From: a virus
Taxonomy: Duplodnaviria; Caudoviricetes
Virus record (IMG/VR): IMGVR_UViG_3300033153_012481
Coordinates: 1 to 34,568 of that record
DNA: 34,568 nt
Strand: one strand, 5' to 3'
Part shown: one piece after another, positions 26,701 through 34,568 of the stretch
Layout of the letters: every line of letters starts with the position of its first letter
How positions within the stretch are numbered: position 1 is the stretch's first letter
Made by a program: the position numbers and the translations under genes
Notes under the pieces: model-generated
The model's input: only the letters and a program-made list of their open reading frames with translations
The model's database searches: none
Told to the model about the DNA's origin: nothing

Positions 26701-26988
26701 TCATATGCGCCAAGCATGAATATCAACTTCGCCAGACCCTCTCAGCCAAATTTTATCTTCATTTCTTAATTCAAACGGGAAAACTTGACCAGCAGAAATT
26801 CTTCCATGAATAGTATTACCATTAAAAGAGTACTCTACATCTGAGCCAGAAACACCAACTAATAAAATGCTTCTTGGCCCTCTAAAAGCCATTTGAGCAT
26901 CAGGTTCTGTACCTGTTGCTGGCCAAGCTCCAGCAATTGCAGTAACCCTTTCGTAAAAGTTAAAATCTTTACCTATATCTTCAGTCAT
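26701..26988 (-). CDS. Small beta-rich protein, possible capsid decoration
   Basis: 95 aa; GGAG SD; last gene of the decoration array. Confidence 0.55.
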   Translation of the reverse strand: MTEDIGKDFNFYERVTAIAGAWPATGTEPDAQMAFRGPRSILLVGVSGSDVEYSFNGNTIHGRISAGQVFPFELRNEDKIWLRGSGEVDIHAWRI

Positions 26989-27003
26989 TTTATCTCCAAA
27001 TAT

Positions 27004-28725
27004 TTATGCTATTTCCCAAGTTTCTATACCCGCATCAATTACGCGCTTATAAATTAAGCCATCCTTACCTCTGGTAAATTCAGTGCGAATATCCTCGGGA
27101 GTAATTCCAAAAGTTAAGGTTTCATCATCATCTGATGATATGCCCGACACTGCACTTCCAGTAGTTCCTCGATATGTCAAATTTTCTGATTGCTCATTAT
27201 TAACTACGCAAACAACTGGAACATCGATCTCTATATAGCCTCCTAAAAAGTCACCATTTAAAACATAAGAGTAATCGTTAGTGTTTGAGCTTATAAGAGC
27301 TGAAGCTGGAAAGTTCTGTTCATCTCTAGTACTTGGAGTAAAGTAAGTATTATTAGCACCATCTCTTCTCTCAAGATTTATTTCTGTAGTATTAATACCA
27401 AAAGGATCTATTACAGTTACTATTTCTGCTTGTCCGGTTGCTTGGTTCCACTGATAAAGCCTTGCCGTTCCCTGATATTGAGAGCATAAAGCAATACTAT
27501 TATTTCCACCATCTCCAGAAACTCTAACCCTTAGAGGCAAAGCAACCTTTTGAGTTGTAAATTTAGTAGGGCATAATGGAGATGCTTCTAAACCAGAGCT
27601 GTCTGCTCCAGAGTATGCAGAAATCAAACCTGATGCAAAAAGTCTTGTGGCCCCTCTGGGCTCATAATCTTGATCGTTAGCACCTGTTATTCCATCAAAA
27701 TCTGCAGGAGACCCTGGGCTAACTCCATTAACTCCAAAATCACCAGATGCTCTATCATTTACATAATATTTTATTTTTGTATTATTATATAATGCAGAAA
27801 CAAAACCTGACCTAGGCCATGTCATTCCATCATTAGTCAGAGGTAATACTAATCTAGAGTCATAAAACCTAGTATTATTAGCATGTGTTGCGCCCATAAC
27901 GTTTTCACTAGCAACAAGCCTATACTCCCCATTACCATTTAAGTTTAACCTTATATACTCCCAAGGTTTTAGTACTATATCTTCTTGTGATAGAACTACT
28001 TGATTATTATCATCATATAAAGTTACTGAAGATTCTACAGGCCCATTTACTAAATGTAAAAACCCAGAACCTAAACCGCAATTTCTAAAACCATAAAAGA
28101 AAGTGTCTTTAAATGCTAGAGCCAATGACATCAATGGCATGGGAGACTCATTACTTCCATTGACCTGATTAGAAAACCCATAACCTCCTTCAGATAACGT
28201 TATAATTGAGCCGTTTACTAAATTTTGTACAACGTAAACTTCACCGTCTTCTAGGAATACTGGACCCTCTTGTATAACACCGGCAGTGTAATCAGAACCT
28301 GAAGCATATACAAACATAACATTACCAGCTCCTAGAGATGTTATCTGTGCTTTGTTCAAAAGAGGATCGTTTGCAGGGTTATAAGTATTAGCAACTGCTA
28401 GAACAGTCTTTCCAATCTGACCATTTTCAGCCAGTAAACCTTCAGTAATACCCTGGGCAATACCAGCAGCAATTGAAGTTGCCTGTTCTATACTGGCATC
28501 CTCTTCCTCATCTTTAATTTCTGGCACATATGCCGGGTCATTTCCAGCTGCAAAGTTTTGAACATCAGTAACAGTTGACGCATCAATGTCTACCTTAAAT
28601 GTAAAAACTGTATCTGTAGAAGTCAAATAAACAAGCTCAAAATCAGTATAGAAATCTTCAGCTTGAATAAAGTCCCTGACCCACAATATATTAAGAATAC
28701 CTGGTATTACTACTTCTGTTGCCAT
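27004..28725 (-). CDS. Virion decoration/adhesin-like protein (beta-rich; possibly IgGFc-binding-N-like)
   Basis: Start moved to ATG 28725 (TAATG coupling); N-domain resembles that of 28725-29612. Confidence 0.6.
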   Translation of the reverse strand: MATEVVIPGILNILWVRDFIQAEDFYTDFELVYLTSTDTVFTFKVDIDASTVTDVQNFAAGNDPAYVPEIKDEEEDASIEQATSIAAGIAQGITEGLLAENGQIGKTVLAVANTYNPANDPLLNKAQITSLGAGNVMFVYASGSDYTAGVIQEGPVFLEDGEVYVVQNLVNGSIITLSEGGYGFSNQVNGSNESPMPLMSLALAFKDTFFYGFRNCGLGSGFLHLVNGPVESSVTLYDDNNQVVLSQEDIVLKPWEYIRLNLNGNGEYRLVASENVMGATHANNTRFYDSRLVLPLTNDGMTWPRSGFVSALYNNTKIKYYVNDRASGDFGVNGVSPGSPADFDGITGANDQDYEPRGATRLFASGLISAYSGADSSGLEASPLCPTKFTTQKVALPLRVRVSGDGGNNSIALCSQYQGTARLYQWNQATGQAEIVTVIDPFGINTTEINLERRDGANNTYFTPSTRDEQNFPASALISSNTNDYSYVLNGDFLGGYIEIDVPVVCVVNNEQSENLTYRGTTGSAVSGISSDDDETLTFGITPEDIRTEFTRGKDGLIYKRVIDAGIETWEIA

Positions 28726-29612
28726 TATGAATTCTCCCAACTAACCCTTGTAACAGTAAGGTCATTTATTGTTAAGTCTTGATCTTCAGCCTTTAATTTT
28801 AGCAAATAACCACCAGAAATAGATACGGCATCTGCAACTGTTATAAAATCATATGTTAAAGAAAAATTTAAAAATTCATTTTTATCAGCAAGAATAAAAA
28901 CCTGCTGCTGAGTAAAACCAGAAACAGGATTCTCAACGGTTAAGACAACTTTTTTGTTCTTTTTATTATCAGGCTTTGTATAGTCTATTATAACTCTCCA
29001 GTAATGCGTCTGTCCAGGTACTGGATTTTCAAACCATGATCCGCTTACAGGGTCATGGAGTAAAGGAATGAAATCATCATAATCATTAACTGGATCCTTT
29101 CCTGGAAGATTATTGGATACAGTTTTGGGAAATTTTGAAAATGAAGCAAACTCAGACTGGTTGAAAGATCTTATTGTAAACTCAGTATCTCTCTTTAATA
29201 ATAATGACTGAACAACCCCGTTAAGCTTTACTGCTCCCCCATTTGGAGTTGAATATTTAAAGTATCCGTCTTCCCCATCAGTTAACAACATGTCCCCGTC
29301 AAAACTTGGACTGGGAAAAATATCTGGTGTACCTAAACTTATCTCTCCCATATCAGAAGATAAACCGTTTATCTTTGTAATGCTTTCAGATACTTTTTTA
29401 TTTAACGGCCTAGTGTAAGAAGGTTGATTAGCAGCAATCAAAAAATCAAGTGAACTTTCAATCTCAGGAGTTACTTCTACTGAAAAATAAAAAGTAGTAT
29501 CCCCAGAATCTTCTCTATAATATTGTAGAGTGTCTAGATCAAAATTAGTATAAAAATCTTGAAACCATTCGTCGTTAAGAACTACACCTGTCTTATTTAT
29601 AAAATTTGCCAT
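28725..29612 (-). CDS. Decoration protein (N-module B + C-module X)
   Basis: C-terminal two-thirds paralogous to 29612-30514; TAATG coupling. Confidence 0.65.
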   Translation of the reverse strand: MANFINKTGVVLNDEWFQDFYTNFDLDTLQYYREDSGDTTFYFSVEVTPEIESSLDFLIAANQPSYTRPLNKKVSESITKINGLSSDMGEISLGTPDIFPSPSFDGDMLLTDGEDGYFKYSTPNGGAVKLNGVVQSLLLKRDTEFTIRSFNQSEFASFSKFPKTVSNNLPGKDPVNDYDDFIPLLHDPVSGSWFENPVPGQTHYWRVIIDYTKPDNKKNKKVVLTVENPVSGFTQQQVFILADKNEFLNFSLTYDFITVADAVSISGGYLLKLKAEDQDLTINDLTVTRVSWENS

Positions 29613-30514
29613 TACAGAGTCTCCAAACTAGTTCTAACTATTTCCACTGTATTAATCGTTAAGGGAGCGCCTACTGCTTGAATTTCAAACTCATAACCAG
29701 AGCCAATAGATGAGGAGTCTGCAACAGTTGAAAAGTTCCAAGTTAAAGTTGTAGTTTGAAACTGAACGCCGTTTGGTAATATCTTAATTTCTTGCAGTGA
29801 AAAACCAGTGTCAGGATTTGTAACCCTTACAATTAACTCTCTATTAGCCTGAGTTGAATCTCTTGTGTAAGAGATAGAAACCCTCCAGAGATGAGCCTGA
29901 AACTCTATAGAGTTTTCAAGCCATCTATCATCTATAGAATTATATATTCCTGGTAAAAAGGTAGCTTTATTATTTATCGGATCTTGTCCAGGAAAATCAT
30001 TTGAGTAATTTTTTGGGAATGAAGTTGATGATGTAAATACTTCTCCAGCAGAGCCCTGCAGCTCGATGCCAACCGTTCCATTATTATTAATATTAACACC
30101 ATTTAGAAGACCAATTATTTTAACTACACCATTATTTGGAGTTTTATAATTAAAGTCACCAGGAGTACTAGATTGAGATAATAGATCAAATTCATTATTT
30201 GAAGCAATAGCTGGTTTAAATAAAGCATTTAGCTGTAAATCTTCAATATTATCTTTATTGTTATTTATTTGCTCATCACCCGGTGGCTTTAGAGAGTCTT
30301 CAGATTCTTGTTGAGTTAAAGTTCCACTGCCATCATTGATAAGTATATTACCGCTTTGAACCTGAGTTAAAAGATCAACGCTTTCCTGAATTTCAAAAAC
30401 AAAAAGAGTTTCTGTTAGTGTAGTGCTACTAGAAGCAGGTACAGAGACACCAATATCATCTAAGACTATTTCTGTACCTGTCTGGTTTTCTGCAATGAAT
30501 ACTCTAATTGCCAT
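29612..30514 (-). CDS. Decoration protein (N-module A + C-module X)
   Basis: First ~95 aa highly similar to the N-terminus of 32709-34154. Confidence 0.65.
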   Translation of the reverse strand: MAIRVFIAENQTGTEIVLDDIGVSVPASSSTTLTETLFVFEIQESVDLLTQVQSGNILINDGSGTLTQQESEDSLKPPGDEQINNNKDNIEDLQLNALFKPAIASNNEFDLLSQSSTPGDFNYKTPNNGVVKIIGLLNGVNINNNGTVGIELQGSAGEVFTSSTSFPKNYSNDFPGQDPINNKATFLPGIYNSIDDRWLENSIEFQAHLWRVSISYTRDSTQANRELIVRVTNPDTGFSLQEIKILPNGVQFQTTTLTWNFSTVADSSSIGSGYEFEIQAVGAPLTINTVEIVRTSLETL

Positions 30515-30588
30515 TCAATCCCCATTAATATCTTGTCAAAATTGAAATTTTGAAGCCACCTTATTCTCTAATAGACATGAGCCCTTCA

Positions 30589-31560
30589 CTACAATATATC
30601 AATAGATTCCTTTACTATCTCATACTCAGCATTATACATAAACCTTATCTGTGATGGAATAAAACTTAGAGTATCATATTCGAAATGCTCTTTAGGAGCT
30701 ATAATGCGTATTTTAATACCTTTTTCATGAACGCATTCATCATAGTAAACATCGTTAGCCATAATTTCTGCAGTGATAAGCTCAAGAACACGAGATATTT
30801 GTGGGAGTAACCTTGTATCCTTAACCCTTCCTACATTAAGAGGAGATGTGAGTATCACATCGATCTCTGTCGCTCCAAGCTCAACAGCATCTCTCAATGG
30901 CGCTGTCTCACGTACTCCACCATCAGTCCAGTTATAGCCATCTATTTCTGGCATTGGAAAGAATATGGGAAACGCAGACGAGGCCATTATCCAATCTTTA
31001 ATATCATCAGACTTCTCGTTTCCAGTCCTATACTCACCTGTCTGAAATGATACAGCCCCAACCCTTAGCTTCTTTCCAGACATATTAAGACGCTCAACAT
31101 CAAGCCTTTTATTAATAATATTCCTAAGGGGCTTTGTGCTGTAAATAGATCTGTTAAATTTCACACATTTTAGCATTGGCACTACAACCATTGCAGCGAT
31201 ATTAAGAATGGCTACCCCAAGAAAAGTTATTGATATCCATTTAGGCAGAGCAAAAAATAAAAGCGCAAAGCCTGCTACTACATGAGCCAGTATACATACA
31301 GCAATAATAATTATAAACATCAATAATCTATGAGTTCTAATAGATGAATTACCTTTGATGTCATTCATCCAAACCCTTTCAAGTTCAGATAGGGTTTCCC
31401 TTAATGGACCAGTTGCCAGAAGCGACGAATTCAACGCTCCAACAGAAATGCCAGTATAGATATCATAATCAAGTTCAGGATCTTCTTCCTGAAGCTTCTT
31501 AAGTACGCCAAGTTGGAATGCGCCCTTGCAGCCACCCCCAGATAGAACTAATGCCTTCAT
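30589..31560 (-). CDS. Patatin-like phospholipase with inserted transmembrane hairpin
   Basis: LVLSGGGCKG, GISVG (GxSxG), ASSAFP, DGG; two hydrophobic helices at ~aa 78-128; GAGGTG SD. Confidence 0.9.
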   Translation of the reverse strand: MKALVLSGGGCKGAFQLGVLKKLQEEDPELDYDIYTGISVGALNSSLLATGPLRETLSELERVWMNDIKGNSSIRTHRLLMFIIIIAVCILAHVVAGFALLFFALPKWISITFLGVAILNIAAMVVVPMLKCVKFNRSIYSTKPLRNIINKRLDVERLNMSGKKLRVGAVSFQTGEYRTGNEKSDDIKDWIMASSAFPIFFPMPEIDGYNWTDGGVRETAPLRDAVELGATEIDVILTSPLNVGRVKDTRLLPQISRVLELITAEIMANDVYYDECVHEKGIKIRIIAPKEHFEYDTLSFIPSQIRFMYNAEYEIVKESIDIL

Positions 31561-31644
31561 ATATACACCTCTGATGTATATCTAAATAGTCATTATTAAA
31601 TGCTCTTTCAGTGGTTAAACTCAATAAGCACTAAAAGTGTAAAA

Positions 31645-32709
31645 TTACAGTTCATGAACAGTACAATAGAAAGTAGCTGTAGATCTCTCTCCACCAAATT
31701 CCCTGGAGTTTCTAGTCTTAATTCTCAATTCAATACCCTGGGCCGAATTCAAGTCTCTTACAGTGTTGTAATTGAATGGAAACCCTAATGTATTCTTAGC
31801 TTTTCCAAGTACTGGACCACCCACAGCTGGTATTATTGGATAGGAGCCTGCTGCCTCATCCACAAAATTATGTATAGATTTATAAGCGTTCACCTTAATT
31901 GGCACTTTGTTAGGTAAATCATAAGGATTATAAGCCCAAATCTCAAAGTCTACAGCATCTGTATAATCTATATCATCAGAAAACTGCACCTCTGACATCT
32001 CTATCTGTATTCTTTTACCCGGATCTGGTACTAAATACCAGTTAGATGTAGTGGCATATGAATAATCTACCTCAACTACTCTACCAGTCTGATCTTCGAA
32101 GAAATTAATATAACCGTCCCTATAATCTACAGAGAATTCACAGTCATTATCACATGGTTCAAATGGAGTTAGCTCATATTGTTCATATCCATCAACCCTA
32201 ACAACTACTTTATAGCCATGAGAAACCTTTGCAGATATCTGGTCCTCTCTATGAACCTTACCATGTTTCATATCGATTATGAATTCATGTCCTAATTTAT
32301 ATGAGTTCCCATCAATATATGTAGGGCTTTCATTTTCCACCCTTATGGAATCACCAAACCAGGTTGTTTTGTCCGCAAAGTTATGTGTAGCGACCTCTAA
32401 GTCAGAACCAATACGCTTCTCTGGAACAACCATGAGACGCCCGCCTACATCATGTGCCTCTGCAAGCTCAACCTGATCGATGAAGTTAATGGGATCTCCA
32501 TCATGGGCTGCAACTACACTCTGAAGTATAACTACATCACCTGGGGCAAGAACATCTTTGAAAACAATATCGTAATAACCGTCAGAGCCAATTATTCCAG
32601 AGATTGCTGTAGCTATATCTGAATCCTGAATTTGAACCTGTAAAGCAGATGGCTCAATTCTATCATTTGCAGATTCAGTTTCGTGATATGTATATGTTGT
32701 TAAATTCAT
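31645..32709 (-). CDS. Virion structural/decoration protein
   Basis: 354 aa, beta-rich, three DGY motifs, TAATG-coupled to the upstream fibre gene. Confidence 0.55.
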   Translation of the reverse strand: MNLTTYTYHETESANDRIEPSALQVQIQDSDIATAISGIIGSDGYYDIVFKDVLAPGDVVILQSVVAAHDGDPINFIDQVELAEAHDVGGRLMVVPEKRIGSDLEVATHNFADKTTWFGDSIRVENESPTYIDGNSYKLGHEFIIDMKHGKVHREDQISAKVSHGYKVVVRVDGYEQYELTPFEPCDNDCEFSVDYRDGYINFFEDQTGRVVEVDYSYATTSNWYLVPDPGKRIQIEMSEVQFSDDIDYTDAVDFEIWAYNPYDLPNKVPIKVNAYKSIHNFVDEAAGSYPIIPAVGGPVLGKAKNTLGFPFNYNTVRDLNSAQGIELRIKTRNSREFGGERSTATFYCTVHEL

Positions 32710-34154
32710 TATGTAGTCCTAATTACACTTAGCCGTGATCCATTAGAAGCAAATCCTAGAGTCCCACCAGCTACAACATTTGTTCTAATTCTTACCTTGT
32801 CATTAGCATTAATGTTTAAAGCAATAGTTGCTGATAAGGTATCCTCATCATTTACAGAATTTCTATGGTAGCCAAAGCTTCTAGTTCCAAGCACCTCAAA
32901 AAACCCACCACCCTGATTTCTCTCCAAGAAAGCAGTTGATGAAGTTCTTGAATTTGTAGATTGAGTTAATGAAACGTCATAACTAAAAAGATAAACACCA
33001 GCCTGAGTTATAGTTACTTCACTTGCTGCAAGTACAATGCTTCCAGTAGTTATAGCTGAAACGTTTGTTAACGGAACAGTTATTGGGGTGGTTGTAAATG
33101 TTGTACCAGATGCATTCAAATAAAATGAAGCTAAATCATTATTAATTGCTGAACCCCCACCAGTTGCATCTATTGTAATATCTACTTCATCATTAGCAAC
33201 ATCATCTGCAATAGTCATTGTGATGTTCGAACCCTCAATGAAATTCAAGCGTCTTCTTGTCCCAGTATCAGTTCCAGAATTTTTACGAACAGTAACCTCA
33301 TTAGCTCCAGCAACAGAAGCTACATTAGCTCTAAAGAATGCTGCAACCCTATTGCCAGTTATATTTCCTGGACCAGTTACCGTGAAGAAGTTAATCCTAT
33401 CACCTGCAGATATAGCCACAGGAGTACCTAATGTAATAAAAGAATCTTGAGCGTTTGACGTAATGGAGGCTCCTGAATCAGATCCATTTACTTCAAGCCT
33501 TACAGTTGCGGAACCTCCACCTGCAAGGTTTAATGTTAGAGCATAACACTCACATGAAATTGGTATTACAACACCTCCAGTATTTGGGGTATCATCTCCA
33601 TTACCAAATGCCCACTCATAAGAATTATTTCCTAAGTCTCCATTCTCCTCTGCCCAGATTGCAAACGTAGTCCCATTTGCTCCAAGTTCAGCATCAATAC
33701 CGGAGAGGTGAGCAGATAGATTATCTACATCACTCACCTCCGGTGGAGAAATGTCAGGATTATAGTTAATAGGAGTAAAATCAATACTAATCTGATCTCC
33801 ATCAATTTCATCACCACCACCAAGTATATGTGATGTAGCATGAGAAGATGAAGCGTAACCATCCAAAGCTATTTGAATATTGTCGATTCTGTCAGTGTTA
33901 TAATCAATCTTCTCTTCGCCTGGTGGTCTCAGTGCTGCCTCTGAATCCTCTTGACCTAGGGTTCCTGATCCATCATTAATGAGAATGTTGCCAGCTTGCA
34001 CCTGGGCAAATAAATCAGCTGACTCTTGCACTTCCCATACAAATAGAGTTTCCGTGAGATCAAAGCTTCCATTACCTGGAATAGAAACTCCAATGTCATC
34101 AAGGTCTATTTGACCTGCCACCTGGTTCTCTGCTATAAGGACCCTGGTAGTCAT
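32709..34154 (-). CDS. Fibre/decoration protein with N-module A and C-terminal C1q/BclA-like domain
   Basis: VTITQAGVYLFSYDV..LNINANDKVRI..SRLSVIR; RRRLNFIEGSNIT linker; AGGAG SD. Confidence 0.7.
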   Translation of the reverse strand: MTTRVLIAENQVAGQIDLDDIGVSIPGNGSFDLTETLFVWEVQESADLFAQVQAGNILINDGSGTLGQEDSEAALRPPGEEKIDYNTDRIDNIQIALDGYASSSHATSHILGGGDEIDGDQISIDFTPINYNPDISPPEVSDVDNLSAHLSGIDAELGANGTTFAIWAEENGDLGNNSYEWAFGNGDDTPNTGGVVIPISCECYALTLNLAGGGSATVRLEVNGSDSGASITSNAQDSFITLGTPVAISAGDRINFFTVTGPGNITGNRVAAFFRANVASVAGANEVTVRKNSGTDTGTRRRLNFIEGSNITMTIADDVANDEVDITIDATGGGSAINNDLASFYLNASGTTFTTTPITVPLTNVSAITTGSIVLAASEVTITQAGVYLFSYDVSLTQSTNSRTSSTAFLERNQGGGFFEVLGTRSFGYHRNSVNDEDTLSATIALNINANDKVRIRTNVVAGGTLGFASNGSRLSVIRTT

Positions 34155-34166
34155 AAGGATCTCCTA

Positions 34167-34568
34167 TTATGCTCTTTTCTTATAACGTACAACTATCTGT
34201 ACGCTGGTAGTTGTATTTCCACCAGCCTGATTTCTGAACGACATAAGACCACCAGCAAAGTCAATATTTGCAGCTGTATTCTCAGTAAGACCAGCCGTAG
34301 AGTGTGCCAATGTACCAACTACAGATCCATTCACAAGAACCTCAAGAGTTGCAGCATCAGAGTCAACTCTCGTAATACCTATGTAAGTAATCGTTCCCTG
34401 ATCAACAGGAATACCTCTTGTTGTCGCATTAAGCACTAGGTTACCAACGCCACGATAAAACACAGCAGCACCAGTGTTACCATTCCTACCTGCGGTAACA
34501 TTCTCTGTTGCTACTGCCAGCCACTTTGAGCGTGATGCATCATAACGCATCTCTTCATTTAGTGTTGT
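34167..34568 (-). CDS. Decoration/fibre protein, C-terminal part (5' end outside the window)
   Basis: Frame stays open past the Met at 34550 to the window edge (TTLNEEMRYD); ATLEVLVNG resembles ATVRLEVNG in the next gene. Confidence 0.7.
   Translation of the reverse strand, partial: TTLNEEMRYDASRSKWLAVATENVTAGRNGNTGAAVFYRGVGNLVLNATTRGIPVDQGTITYIGITRVDSDAATLEVLVNGSVVGTLAHSTAGLTENTAANIDFAGGLMSFRNQAGGNTTTSVQIVVRYKKRA

Noticed and set aside
30589-31560. CBASS operon
   Set aside because: No CD-NTase or ancillary genes adjacent
556-34439. Numerous 60-146 aa ORFs nested in or antisense to long genes
   Set aside because: Overlap well-supported CDSs, mostly non-ATG starts, no recognisable motifs
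1-34568. Alternative genetic code (TGA = Gly or Trp)
   Set aside because: Only one internal TGA; TGA ends several genes, including start/stop overlaps at 25247 and 25597
1-34568. CRISPR array, tRNA, DGR template repeat or invertible segment
   Set aside because: Intergenic gaps are short (under ~140 nt); no spaced repeats, cloverleaf, reverse transcriptase or recombinase seen by eye; module A paralogs are coding and differ at all base types

Overview
Virion-morphogenesis region of a large contractile-tailed (myovirus, probably jumbo) bacteriophage. Nearly all genes are on the minus strand. Read in transcription order (right to left): an array of domain-shuffled decoration/fibre proteins with a membrane-anchored patatin among them; an accessory block (IscS-type cysteine desulfurase, HNH nuclease, cold-shock protein); neck genes interleaved with a mini tail-tube paralog, a sulfotransferase-like gene and an HExxH peptidase; a free-standing LAGLIDADG endonuclease; a tailspike, a holin and a 1,691-codon fibre/baseplate frame split by one in-frame TGA; then tail terminator, sheath, tube, chaperone pair, tape measure and tube initiator. 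The only credible plus-strand gene is a myxobacterial-style Cys-rich lipoprotein with a sigma70 promoter, suggesting a Myxococcota host. Most notable signals: (1) a DGY tripeptide occurring 21 times, nearly all in predicted virion proteins and with varied codons, next to candidate modifying enzymes; (2) a phage promoter motif ATA-N5-RYAT lying exactly 6 nt before the ATG of four SD-less genes (leaderless mRNAs); (3) a +1/-2 tail-chaperone frameshift; (4) the in-frame TGA; (5) a tail-tube look-alike under a second promoter class. All product calls come from motif recognition and synteny; no database searches were run.
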